This document shows, in pieces, positions 1 to 8,445 of a DNA stretch of 32,000 nt (within the stretch, counting starts at the first letter, position 1; each line of letters opens with the position of its first letter). Origin of the DNA: Erysipelothrix inopinata (GTDB lineage: Bacteria > Bacillota_I > Bacilli_A > Erysipelotrichales > Erysipelotrichaceae); contig NZ_CP060715.1 in NCBI RefSeq assembly GCF_014396165.1, forward strand, positions 1,500,001 to 1,532,000. The letters are read 5' to 3'. The position numbers were made by a program, and so were the translations under genes. Below the pieces are notes generated by a model that was not told the DNA's origin, searched no databases, and worked only from the letters and a program-made list of their open reading frames with translations.

Positions 1-518
1 CATCGGGAACACATATCTTATCCGCACTGCTGACTAAAGCTACCGGAATGAGTGCTCGCGAATATGCAAATCAAAATTTGTTTAAACCTATTGGTATTGA
101 GGAAATTCCTCTATACCCCATGAAATTCGACCAAGAACATATTTTCGGTAACAAAGTTAGAGGTTGGGTAAGTGATCCATTGGGCTATTCTACAGGTGGT
201 TGGGGACTTAATTTAAGCATTTCTGATATGGTGAAAATCGGGCAGTTATGTTTGCAAAGAGGCGTTTGGAATCAAAAACGAATCGTCAGTGAATCGTGGA
301 TTTTAGAATCGACGACTACAGATAAAAACAACTATGGATACTTATGGTGGATAGGTGATCGAGAACGTGAGTATATTGCAACTGGATCTGGAGGGAATAT
401 CATTTACGTAAATGAACCTGATAACCTAATAATTGCGATAGCATCAACAATCATCTCGAGACCAAAAGATCGCAAATATCTTGTGGAAGATATTAGAACG
501 TTACTGGAATTAAAGTAA
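1..518 (+). CDS. serine hydrolase / beta-lactamase-family protein, C-terminal part (5' end lies off-window)
   Basis: The frame is open from base 3 (SGTHILSALLTKATG-MSAREYANQNLFKPIGI...), so the ORF-track ATG at 48 is internal. The ...YGYLWW...GSGGN... pattern is typical of class-C beta-lactamase-like serine hydrolases. A terminator follows. Confidence 0.6.
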   Translation, partial: SGTHILSALLTKATGMSAREYANQNLFKPIGIEEIPLYPMKFDQEHIFGNKVRGWVSDPLGYSTGGWGLNLSISDMVKIGQLCLQRGVWNQKRIVSESWILESTTTDKNNYGYLWWIGDREREYIATGSGGNIIYVNEPDNLIIAIASTIISRPKDRKYLVEDIRTLLELK

Positions 519-537
519 TAAACTAACGAAAGACTTA

Positions 538-572
538 AACCAGGGTTCATCCATTTGAATTCTGGTTTTTTA
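538..572 (+). terminator. rho-independent terminator
   Basis: AACCAGGGTTC (538-548) pairs with GAATTCTGGTT (557-567), including two G-U pairs. The loop is 8 nt and a T-run follows. Confidence 0.6.
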
Positions 573-668
573 TTATTGGTGTGATTCTGAAAGTCACGTG
601 ATAATTATCAAATATAATAATTGATATGATAAAATGAAGATACGCTGGTCGTGAAAGGAATACTTAAT

Positions 669-992
669 ATGAATTCAATTACAATTTCAACACTTCAAGA
701 ATATTTGAAAACAAAATATGATAATCCACAATATACAAACTCGCTGTTTATGAAACTTGTCGAGGAAGTTGGCGAGGTTGCGGAAGCCATTAATAAAATT
801 GATGGAAGAAAAGCAGACGATGGACTGAGTTCACTTTCAGAAGAATTGGTCGATGTCATTCACTATGCTGTGGCGATAGCGACAATTAATGATATCGACC
901 TTGAACAAGTCATGATTGAAAAAGACAAGAAAGCAAGTGTAAAATATCATCAATTTCCTAATCTTCAAGACTATTTAAATAATGAAAAATAA
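669..992 (+). CDS. MazG-like nucleotide pyrophosphohydrolase (small all-alpha NTP-PPase)
   Basis: LVEEVGEVAEAI and EELVDVIHYAVAIA helices resemble the MazG/YpjD-type metal-binding motifs. ATG 669 is preferred over the GTG at 651 used by the ORF track. Confidence 0.6.
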   Translation: MNSITISTLQEYLKTKYDNPQYTNSLFMKLVEEVGEVAEAINKIDGRKADDGLSSLSEELVDVIHYAVAIATINDIDLEQVMIEKDKKASVKYHQFPNLQDYLNNEK

Positions 993-1010
993 AAGAAGAG
1001 AGGAATTACG

Positions 1011-1646
1011 ATGACTACGATACTAGTACATGGATTAGGTCAAAATCAACAAGCATGGAATGAAGTGATTCGTTTGCTTAATTTCAATGATGATATTATG
1101 GTTCCTCAACTTAACAATTTTGAAATTTCAGGGCCATTAACTTATGAAAAACTTTACGGGGAATTTTGCGCATTGTGTCATCGAGAATCATCGATAAATC
1201 TATGTGGTTTGTCATTAGGGGCAATACTTTGTTTAAATTATGCTATAGATTATCCGGAAAACGTTAATTCTTTAACTGTAATTGCTCCACAGTATAAAAT
1301 ACCAAAAGGACTCTTCAAAGTTCAAAATATGATTTTCAAGCTGTTACCAAAATCCGCATTTACAAAAATGGGTTTCTCGAAAACAGAGACACTTTCACTC
1401 GTCAACTCAATGGTTGATATTGATTTTACCGACCAATTGAAACGTATCAGTTGTCCTACACTTATCATGTGTGGTGCTAAAGATAATGCAAATATCAAAG
1501 CTGCGAAATCATTGCATGAATTGATACAAGACTCAATTTATGAAGAAATTAAGAATTCAAAACATGAAGTAAATATTGATAATCCTAGTGGACTTGCAAA
1601 CCAATTGAATGAATTTATAGATAAGAACTTAAGTCATAAAATCTAA
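1011..1646 (+). CDS. alpha/beta-fold hydrolase
   Basis: N-terminal ILVHGLG oxyanion-type motif, nucleophile elbow GLSLG, C-terminal H in ...SKHEVN.... SD GAGAGGAA lies upstream of ATG 1011. Confidence 0.65.
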   Translation: MTTILVHGLGQNQQAWNEVIRLLNFNDDIMVPQLNNFEISGPLTYEKLYGEFCALCHRESSINLCGLSLGAILCLNYAIDYPENVNSLTVIAPQYKIPKGLFKVQNMIFKLLPKSAFTKMGFSKTETLSLVNSMVDIDFTDQLKRISCPTLIMCGAKDNANIKAAKSLHELIQDSIYEEIKNSKHEVNIDNPSGLANQLNEFIDKNLSHKI

Positions 1647-1649
1647 AAA

Positions 1650-1678
1650 TTGACAATAATTAATGGAATTGCTATAAT
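1650..1678 (+). promoter_or_regulatory. sigma-A-type promoter of the ABC-F leader
   Basis: TTGACA 1650-1655, a 17-nt spacer, then TATAAT 1673-1678. Both hexamers match consensus. Confidence 0.65.
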
Positions 1679-1936
1679 CGAAATATCTAAAGAGGTGGCC
1701 GATGATTAATATTTCTTGTAAATAATTTAGCTAGAACAGTTTCAATGAAGAAGTTGTTTTTAGCGTGATTCGCAAGAAATGACTTTTCGCCTCAATAGAA
1801 TTTAAATTAACTTTTAAAGGGCTACAAGTTTCAGACTTGTAGTCCTTTTTCGTCTTAGAAAGGGTGATTATGATGAGAAAAAATCTAAAACAAAACATTT
1901 AATTCAGGAGAAGACTCCTGACAGGAGGAAAAAATA
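1679..1936 (+). promoter_or_regulatory. about 260-nt 5' leader/attenuator of the ABC-F gene with two mini-ORFs
   Basis: Mini-ORF 1 spans 1702-1725 (MINISCK*, SD AGAGGTGG 1691-1698). A hairpin lies at 1731-1763 and a terminator at 1818-1851. Mini-ORF 2 spans 1870-1902 (MMRKNLKQNI*, SD AAGGGTGA). A second hairpin, TCAGGAG-AAGA-CTCCTGA, lies at 1904-1921, followed by the SD AGGAGG at 1923-1928. Confidence 0.55.
1818..1851 (+). terminator. intrinsic terminator inside the ABC-F leader (attenuator)
   Basis: GGGCTACAAGT / ACTTGTAGTCC stem with one mismatch, loop TTCAG, then TTTTT. It lies between the promoter and the ABC-F start codon. Confidence 0.6.
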
Positions 1937-3409
1937 ATGTCTATAATAATAAAAAATTTAAGCTTTGCTTACGATAATAGTGATCGTCTGATTTTTGATA
2001 ATGTAAATCTTGAAATTAACCCACAATGGAAACTGGGGTTAACGGGAAAGAATGGTCAAGGTAAAACAACTCTGTTAAATATTCTACAGGGGAAACTTGA
2101 ATATACGGGGACCGTATTTCATCAAGAAGATCTTGCTTACTTTCCATATCCAGTTACAAATCCCGATGATTATGCCATTGACGTCATTCGTGAGATTGCA
2201 AAGGATTGTGAGGATTGGCAAATCTATAAAGAAATGGATGCCATTGATTTAAAAGATGATGTTTTATATCGTCCTTACAGTACGCTTTCAGAAGGAGAAA
2301 AAACAAAGACGCAGCTCCTTGGACTATTCTTAAAAGAACATCAGTTTTTATTGATAGATGAACCCACGAATCATCTTGATCTTGATTCACGTCACAAACT
2401 GGCTGATTACTTGAATAAAAAATCAGGCTTCATCTTAATTTCACACGATCGTCAATTCTTAGATCGCTGTGTTGATCATATTCTTTCCATCAACAATACG
2501 ACCATAGATATTATCCAGGGTAATTTTTCAACGTGGTGGGAAAATAAACAACGCCAAGACCAATTTGAGTTGACGCAAAATGAGAAACTAAAAAAAGATA
2601 TCAAAAGGGTTCAAGAGGCGTCGAAGAGAACGGCATCGTGGTCCGATAAAGTTGAGGCATCCAAAAATGGCGTCAAGAACTCGGGCTCAAAAGTCGATAA
2701 AGGGTTTGTGGGTCATAAATCTGCGAAAATGATGCAACGATCTAAGAATCTACAACGTCGCCAACAAGACATGATACAAGAAAAATCCGAATTGCTGAAA
2801 AATATTGACGAAATTGAAACCTTAAAATTATCACCGCTCGTGATTCCGAATCATAAAAATATGATGTTGAAAGATGTACGCATAAAATATGATGATCGTT
2901 GGGTCACACCACCGATAAGCTTCACGTTTACTCAAGGTGAAAGAATTGCGTTAAAGGGACCTAATGGATCAGGGAAATCAAGCATCATCAAACTTATCAT
3001 GGGTGATGATATTTCTTATGATGGAGAGGTCGAAATGAGTAAACTAAGTATCTCTTATGTTTCTCAAGATGTTGCGGAAGTCAGTGGAACGATGGATGAT
3101 TACATTCATAACTATGATATTGATAAAACCCAGTTTTTTACTCTTTTACGAAAACTTGGTTTCTCCAGATCTGATTTGGCTGCAGAGCTTAACCAATTAA
3201 GTATGGGTCAAAAAAAGAAAATTATGATTGCTCGAAGTTTGTGTGAATCCTGTCAGCTTTACATTTGGGATGAGCCTTTGAACTATATCGATGTGCTGAC
3301 AAGAATGCAAATTGAAACCTTAATTCTGAGTTCGAAACCCAATCTTATTTTTGTTGAGCATGATGACGAGTTTGTAAAAAAAATTGCGACTCAAATTGTA
3401 TCGTTTTGA
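1937..3409 (+). CDS. ABC-F type ribosomal protection protein, Lsa-like (ARE-ABCF)
   Basis: Two ABC cassettes: Walker A GKNGQGKT and GPNGSGKS, signatures LSEGEK and LSMGQKKK, Walker B LLIDEPTNHLD and YIWDEPLNYID. No TM domain. A basic inter-domain linker (KKDIKRVQEASKRTASWSDK...GHKSAKMMQRSKNLQRR) and the 490-aa size resemble Lsa-type proteins. Confidence 0.75.
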   Translation: MSIIIKNLSFAYDNSDRLIFDNVNLEINPQWKLGLTGKNGQGKTTLLNILQGKLEYTGTVFHQEDLAYFPYPVTNPDDYAIDVIREIAKDCEDWQIYKEMDAIDLKDDVLYRPYSTLSEGEKTKTQLLGLFLKEHQFLLIDEPTNHLDLDSRHKLADYLNKKSGFILISHDRQFLDRCVDHILSINNTTIDIIQGNFSTWWENKQRQDQFELTQNEKLKKDIKRVQEASKRTASWSDKVEASKNGVKNSGSKVDKGFVGHKSAKMMQRSKNLQRRQQDMIQEKSELLKNIDEIETLKLSPLVIPNHKNMMLKDVRIKYDDRWVTPPISFTFTQGERIALKGPNGSGKSSIIKLIMGDDISYDGEVEMSKLSISYVSQDVAEVSGTMDDYIHNYDIDKTQFFTLLRKLGFSRSDLAAELNQLSMGQKKKIMIARSLCESCQLYIWDEPLNYIDVLTRMQIETLILSSKPNLIFVEHDDEFVKKIATQIVSF

Positions 3410-3445
3410 TGTGATATAATAGAAAAATAAGAAGAGGGTACTCAT

Positions 3446-5101
3446 ATGATCTTTATAGTCTTTGTTGCTTTATTTTTTGGATTCATCGGGTTTTCTATTT
3501 TTCGTGTTAAAAACCACAATCGCAAAGTAATGCGTCGTGTGGCTGCTCAGTATGGACAACTTGCTGAGTGGGAAGGGTCTTTGGATGATTACGAAAGCAT
3601 GAAACGGTATTTCAAGGTGTTACCACCACAATATGCTATTGATGATCAAACATGGAATGACCTCGACATGGATTTGGTTTTTAAGCAAATAAATCTAACC
3701 CAATCGAGTGTCGGAGAAGAAGTACTATTTCGAAGACTTCGTGATCAAAATATTTCCAATTTAGATCAATTTGAGAAAGACATCAATTGGCTTCAAGATA
3801 ACGAATTAGAACGTACTAAAATTCAAAGAGAAATGAATCGTATTGGTAAGAAAACGAACAATCAGCTCATTGAGTTGATTTTGAACCCGGTTTTTAGTAA
3901 TGACATTAACTTTGCGCTATTCACAGTTTTAAGAAGCGTTGCTATTTTAAGTCTCTTTATTCTGTTCTTTAATTTAGAGGTTGGCATCATGATGATTTCA
4001 CTCATGTTTATTGTAAATAATGTCGTGTATTATAGTAAAACAGGAGAAATATCTAAAGATGTTTCGCGTGTCTCAATGTTGATGGATATCATAAAAGCTT
4101 CAAAAAATATTGAGAAAATAGAGCTCGGTGATGATACTCATGTCAAGTCGAGACTTCATGAGTCGCTTAAACCATTTCGAAATATGGGGATTGCTTCTTC
4201 TCTCGCTGCTGCATCGCTTCAAAGTTCAACGAGCGAAGCGATGGTCTTGAGTGGTTTTCTTGATGGTTATTTTTTGATTTCTTTTGGTGCGTGTCGATTT
4301 ATGTTTAAGAAAATAATTGATAGTCACGATGAAGCATTGATGCTTTACGAGACAATTGGTTACCTCGAGTGCGCTATTGCGACAGCGTCATATCGTCAAA
4401 GCCAAGATACAGTATGTATCCCTAAAGTAACTGAAACTTCTGAGATAGAGTTCGAAAATATCAAAAACCCACTGGTTGATGAAGCAATAGGAAACTCTCA
4501 TGTTTTCCAATCATTTAATATGATTACAGGATCCAATGCGTCGGGTAAATCAACATTTGTTAAGGCACTGGGTGTTAACATTCTGCTTGGGCAAACATTG
4601 AATACTTGTATCGCAGACAGCATGTCTTTTCCGAATGTATTCGTGATTACTTCGATGGCTATTCAGGATGATATCGACTCGAAAGAGAGTTATTTTGTTC
4701 GAGAAACGAAATCACTGAAACGGATTTTAGATCAAGTAAAAGGTGATAAGCGGTGTTTCATTGTGATTGATGAAATATTAAAAGGTACGAATACGATAGA
4801 GAGAATTTCGTCTTCATATTCTGTGCTAGACTTTCTTACTAATTATTCTACATTTGTATGTGCTGCAACTCACGACTTAGAGTTAACAGAACTGCTGAAA
4901 TCTAAATATCAAAATTATCACTTTAAAGAAACGGTAACGGATCGTGATATTGTTTTTGATTATAAGTTACGTGAAGGTCCTTCTGATACTCGAAATGCGA
5001 TTAAAATGTTGGAGTATTACGGATATGAACCGTCCATCATTATTAAAGCAAATAGAATGGCAGATACGTTTGAAAAAACGAGAACTTGGGATACGTATTA
5101 A
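3446..5101 (+). CDS. membrane-anchored MutS-family (domain V ATPase) protein; no mismatch-recognition or Smr domain seen
   Basis: N-terminal TM helix (IFIVFVALFFGFIGFSIF) plus a hydrophobic block around aa 155-195. C-terminal MutS ATPase motifs: ITGSNASGKSTFVKALG (Walker A), FIVIDEILKGTNT (Walker B), ATHDLELT. Confidence 0.65.
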   Translation: MIFIVFVALFFGFIGFSIFRVKNHNRKVMRRVAAQYGQLAEWEGSLDDYESMKRYFKVLPPQYAIDDQTWNDLDMDLVFKQINLTQSSVGEEVLFRRLRDQNISNLDQFEKDINWLQDNELERTKIQREMNRIGKKTNNQLIELILNPVFSNDINFALFTVLRSVAILSLFILFFNLEVGIMMISLMFIVNNVVYYSKTGEISKDVSRVSMLMDIIKASKNIEKIELGDDTHVKSRLHESLKPFRNMGIASSLAAASLQSSTSEAMVLSGFLDGYFLISFGACRFMFKKIIDSHDEALMLYETIGYLECAIATASYRQSQDTVCIPKVTETSEIEFENIKNPLVDEAIGNSHVFQSFNMITGSNASGKSTFVKALGVNILLGQTLNTCIADSMSFPNVFVITSMAIQDDIDSKESYFVRETKSLKRILDQVKGDKRCFIVIDEILKGTNTIERISSSYSVLDFLTNYSTFVCAATHDLELTELLKSKYQNYHFKETVTDRDIVFDYKLREGPSDTRNAIKMLEYYGYEPSIIIKANRMADTFEKTRTWDTY

Positions 5102-5107
5102 TCAAAG

Positions 5108-5146
5108 AAAAACTGGAACCACTTCAAAATGTGTTCCAGTTTTTTG
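5108..5146. terminator. bidirectional rho-independent terminator between convergent genes
   Basis: AACTGGAAC (5111-5119) pairs with GTTCCAGTT (5132-5140) in a perfect 9-bp stem. An A-run precedes it and T6 follows. Confidence 0.7.
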
Positions 5147-6091
5147 TTAAATATATTTTTGGATGAAAGTATCGATAGTTTCATAGTAATGTGTTGCATC
5201 CATAAACTGTGACATAGCGTGTCCTGCATTAGGAATAATTAAGAGCTCTTTGGGACAAGTTGCAGCTTCATAGACTGTATTTACCATCGATGATGGAACA
5301 AAGGTATCAGCATCACCATGTATGAAAAGGATTGGTGTTCTTGATTTTTTTACTTGTTCCAGTGCACTTCCTTCGCGAAACCAGAATCCAGCTCTAATTT
5401 TAGTAATAAATGATGCGAAGTTCAGAACTGGAAAAGATGGAATGTTAAAGATTGATTTGAGCTGATAGCTAAAGATACCTTCAATAGATTCGTATCCACA
5501 ATCTTCCACAATAACTTTCACATTCTCGGGCAGTGATTCGCCTGATGTCATCATGACAGTAGCTCCACCCATAGAAATGCCATACAACATAATTTCTGCT
5601 TCGGGATCTTCTTTCACAATTTTTTTAATCCACGCAACGATATCTCTGCGCTCGTCCCAACCCATACCAATATAATGCCCTTCACTATTACCATGTCCTC
5701 GAGCATCGGGAACTAAAATGTTAAATCCTTGCTCGTACATGTGTTTTCCAGTATTCATGGTTTCCATATGTTGACTTCCGTATCCGTGACAACCAATAAA
5801 CCATTTGTGAGAGAAATTAGTTTGTCTCACTTCAAGTCCATACAGTTGAAGGTTATCAAAGGAAAGAAGATACACATCAGTGTGAGGATGATTCGATACC
5901 CATTCTTTAAGAATGGGTGCTTGTTTTTTCCAAGGATTTTCTTCCTTAGACTCATCAACCATAACGTTATGATCAGCTTTAAAAATACGATCACGATTCC
6001 CATAGCGATTTAGAGCAAGATTATAAAAGAAATTTCCTGCAAAACATAATACGACAATAAGAATGAAAATTACTATTAATAGATATACCAT
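5147..6091 (-). CDS. membrane-anchored alpha/beta hydrolase (S9/DLH-like serine hydrolase)
   Basis: N-terminal TM (VYLLIVIFILIVVLCFAG), HGYG oxyanion motif, nucleophile elbow GISMGG, ...HGDADTFVP..., ...GHA.... ATG at 6091 is preferred, with an AGGAGG upstream on the minus strand. The TTG at 6151 has no SD. Confidence 0.65.
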   Translation of the reverse strand: MVYLLIVIFILIVVLCFAGNFFYNLALNRYGNRDRIFKADHNVMVDESKEENPWKKQAPILKEWVSNHPHTDVYLLSFDNLQLYGLEVRQTNFSHKWFIGCHGYGSQHMETMNTGKHMYEQGFNILVPDARGHGNSEGHYIGMGWDERRDIVAWIKKIVKEDPEAEIMLYGISMGGATVMMTSGESLPENVKVIVEDCGYESIEGIFSYQLKSIFNIPSFPVLNFASFITKIRAGFWFREGSALEQVKKSRTPILFIHGDADTFVPSSMVNTVYEAATCPKELLIIPNAGHAMSQFMDATHYYETIDTFIQKYI

Positions 6092-6163
6092 AGGTTCAGT
6101 TATGCCTCCTAATGATAGTATACATGATTTTTTAGACGAATGAGGTGTCAAAAGATTTGTAAA

Positions 6164-6171
6164 TAGATATT
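6164..6171. repeat. target-site duplication TAGATATT (left copy)
   Basis: Identical 8-mer abutting both IS ends. Confidence 0.6.
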
Positions 6172-7694
6172 GTTAGTGTCAAATAAGTGGGGGAAAATAA
6201 TGGTTTCTTTAATTTCTGCTGATATGTGCCTTAAGCCATCTTGAACTCGAGGATTTATCGTAAGCATTTCGTTGTTCGAACATCGAGAAGTCATATTTGG
6301 CTTCTTTTTGTTTTATACTTTTAGGATCTATTGAATCTAAATATAAGTTTCTAATATCGATATGGTTAAGGAATAAGTTTCTTAGATTAAGATAAGCATT
6401 TAAATTTTCTTTGCAGTATCCCTTAGGTCTATTTGAGTATATAGAAGCGAGATTATGACTGATAGCTGACTCCATACTACAACCTATTTTCAAGCCGTTG
6501 TAGCTGTACTGTATCGCAAGAGTATTGCGTAGTATATAATTACATTTTTCTTCTATTGTTTTTTGACGATTTGATTGTTCTGTACCATCTATCAAGGTTT
6601 GAATGATTTGATTAAAGGTTTCAGTATTTCCGTTAATTATATTGGAGGCGAGGATTTCTTTTGTAGGTTTATCTGTGGTGATATGATTAAGTGCTTGTTT
6701 AAAGTGAAACTTATCAAGGGCAAAGCTACTATGAGAAAATTCACGAGTTCCTGACTTAATCCATAAAGCACCATCTCCGAGTATGGTAATATTCTTGATT
6801 TTATCCATATCATACGTGATTGATAAGAGGTCATATACACTATTCCAGAAATTACTTTCAGTTCCTGAATAAACCATTTTATTAATCAATTGACGGCGCT
6901 TCTGAGGTCCTTTTATACCTTCAAAAATTACAGCTGACTTGACCATGACAGACTGAGATTCATTACGTTGCATATGAACATACTTTTCATCGGCCATGAT
7001 GTATAAGTGACTTGGTGTAGGCTTAGGCTCACAAAGTTCAGACAGTGACGGCAAGGGACGTTTAACGGTATTATAAACTGTTTGTCTTGATATACGATAA
7101 TGTTCACGATGCTGAGACGTTGAGAAAGAAGAAAAGATTCTGTCACCAATCTGCTCTCCGACTTTAATCATTGAATTTTGATTCGCAAAAGTCTCCACAA
7201 TCATGCACTTTACGCATGGGTCATAGCGATCATATTTAGGTAAACCTAGTTTGCGATCGACATAGATAAAGGTTTTTCCTGTAGTCTTATCTTTGTAGAT
7301 AGTTCGTTTAAACTTCACGACTCCAAATACAGTAATAAGGGTGCGTTCACGTGTTTGGTGAACATAGTAATCTCTTTTACGAAGTGCGGAATTCTTAAAT
7401 TTTAAATCAAGAAGTTCAAAGTTTTGAACAAGATAGTCACAAGCAGCAATGCGAAGCCATTCTGAAGTATGTTCAATAAACTGAGAGTAATTACGGATCG
7501 TAAATTCTTGATTGGTAGGTTCTAAAAGGTAATTCGTTGATTCCTGGATAGACACAAATAAATTTTTTAAGGTGTTGGATAATTCAAATTGTGGTAAAAT
7601 AGTCATGGCGATAGCTCACTTTCTAATAGTTTGTAGTAAAACCATTATAAGCGAGTTATCGCTTTTTGTATTCCCCCACCTATTTTACACAATC
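6172..7694 (-). mobile_element. intact insertion sequence, ISLre2 (UPF0236)-like family, 1523 bp
   Basis: 24-bp terminal inverted repeats (6172-6195 versus the reverse complement of 7671-7694; 20/24 identical, shared core GTGT.AAAT...GTGGGGGAA). A single 465-aa transposase ORF. Perfect 8-bp direct repeats TAGATATT flank it. Confidence 0.6.
6209..7606 (-). CDS. ISLre2/UPF0236-family transposase
   Basis: 465 aa. ...RTIYKDKTTGKTFIYVDRKLGL..., ...LYIMADEKYVHMQ..., ...ILGDGALWIK..., ...LDKFHFKQAL... resemble UPF0236/ISLre2 transposases. This is recognised by eye, not searched. A TATAAT (reverse complement of 7644-7649) lies upstream inside the IS. Confidence 0.55.
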   Translation of the reverse strand: MTILPQFELSNTLKNLFVSIQESTNYLLEPTNQEFTIRNYSQFIEHTSEWLRIAACDYLVQNFELLDLKFKNSALRKRDYYVHQTRERTLITVFGVVKFKRTIYKDKTTGKTFIYVDRKLGLPKYDRYDPCVKCMIVETFANQNSMIKVGEQIGDRIFSSFSTSQHREHYRISRQTVYNTVKRPLPSLSELCEPKPTPSHLYIMADEKYVHMQRNESQSVMVKSAVIFEGIKGPQKRRQLINKMVYSGTESNFWNSVYDLLSITYDMDKIKNITILGDGALWIKSGTREFSHSSFALDKFHFKQALNHITTDKPTKEILASNIINGNTETFNQIIQTLIDGTEQSNRQKTIEEKCNYILRNTLAIQYSYNGLKIGCSMESAISHNLASIYSNRPKGYCKENLNAYLNLRNLFLNHIDIRNLYLDSIDPKSIKQKEAKYDFSMFEQRNAYDKSSSSRWLKAHISRN

Positions 7695-7702
7695 TAGATA
7701 TT
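7695..7702. repeat. target-site duplication TAGATATT (right copy)
   Basis: Identical 8-mer abutting both IS ends. Confidence 0.6.
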
Positions 7703-7756
7703 AAAATTCTTTTATTATCAAAGTAAATTAGATATGATATCTAAAAGAGGTATATT

Positions 7757-8317
7757 ATGGAAAATATAAAACGTTGCGATTGGGCACTTCACCAAGAATT
7801 AGAAACAATTTATCATGACAATCAATGGGGTAAACCATGTCATGATGATCCAATGCTTTTTGAAATGTTAATCTTAGAAGGTCAACAGGCAGGATTGAGT
7901 TGGAGTACGATTCTTAATAAGAGAGAAACAATGCGAGAAGCATTTGACGGCTTTGATCCCCATATTCTTAAAGACTATGATGAGGCTAAAGAATTAGAAC
8001 TTCTTGAAAATCCTGGAATTATTCGAAATAAGCTAAAGGTAAAATCATTGAAACTTAATGCAATTGCTTTTTTAGAAGTTGTTGAGGAATTTGGTAGTTT
8101 TGATGCTTATTTGTGGGGATTTGTTAATAATGAACCAATTGTGAATCATTGGGAAGAAATAAGCGAAGTACCAGCGAGTACTCCACTATCGGATGAAATA
8201 AGTAAAGACATGAAAAAAAGAGGTTTCAAGTTTATTGGAACCACAATCATTTATGCATATATGCAAGCAGCCGGAGTGGTTAATGACCACCTTGAGTCCT
8301 GTCATTTTAAGTATTAA
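7757..8317 (+). CDS. tag: DNA-3-methyladenine glycosylase I
   Basis: RCDWA...YHDNQWGKPCHDD..LFEMLILEGQQAGLSWSTILNKRE..REAF..FD and C-terminal NDHL..C are the hallmark Tag motifs. 186 aa. Confidence 0.8.
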   Translation: MENIKRCDWALHQELETIYHDNQWGKPCHDDPMLFEMLILEGQQAGLSWSTILNKRETMREAFDGFDPHILKDYDEAKELELLENPGIIRNKLKVKSLKLNAIAFLEVVEEFGSFDAYLWGFVNNEPIVNHWEEISEVPASTPLSDEISKDMKKRGFKFIGTTIIYAYMQAAGVVNDHLESCHFKY

Positions 8318-8328
8318 TTGTAGATTGA

Positions 8329-8357
8329 AACCAGCATCGGGTGATGTTGGTTTTTTA
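8329..8357 (+). terminator. rho-independent terminator after tag
   Basis: AACCAGCATC / GATGTTGGTT stem with one G-U pair, loop GGGT, then T6. Confidence 0.65.
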
Positions 8358-8445
8358 GTTATACAAATATAAACTAAATACAATACGATTTGTCTTGTCT
8401 CTCAACCGTAAAGATTGTATCATTATAATGAAAGGGTGAGGTATT

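Noticed and set aside
583-634. Palindromes upstream of the MazG-like gene: TCACGTGA at 594-601 and TATCAA-N9-TTGATA at about 606-626.
   Set aside because: They are short, sit in very AT-rich promoter DNA, and do not recur elsewhere in the window. I cannot distinguish them from chance.
1904-1928. The CTCCTG arm of the hairpin TCAGGAG-AAGA-CTCCTGA might switch to sequester the real ABC-F SD (CAGGAGG, 1922-1928), as in erm-type translational attenuation.
   Set aside because: The anti-SD arm ends at 1921 and the SD begins at 1922, so no loop is possible and this alternative pairing is sterically impossible. The hairpin is kept only as a structural note in the leader feature.
4944-5150. 68-aa plus-strand ORF overlapping the 3' end of the MutS-like gene and the terminator.
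   Set aside because: It is out of frame within a supported CDS and runs through the terminator hairpin.
6092-6151. TTG start giving a 20-aa N-terminal extension of the membrane-anchored hydrolase.
   Set aside because: No SD is present and the extension is hydrophilic and non-conserved-looking. ATG 6091 begins directly with the TM anchor and has an upstream AGGAGG.
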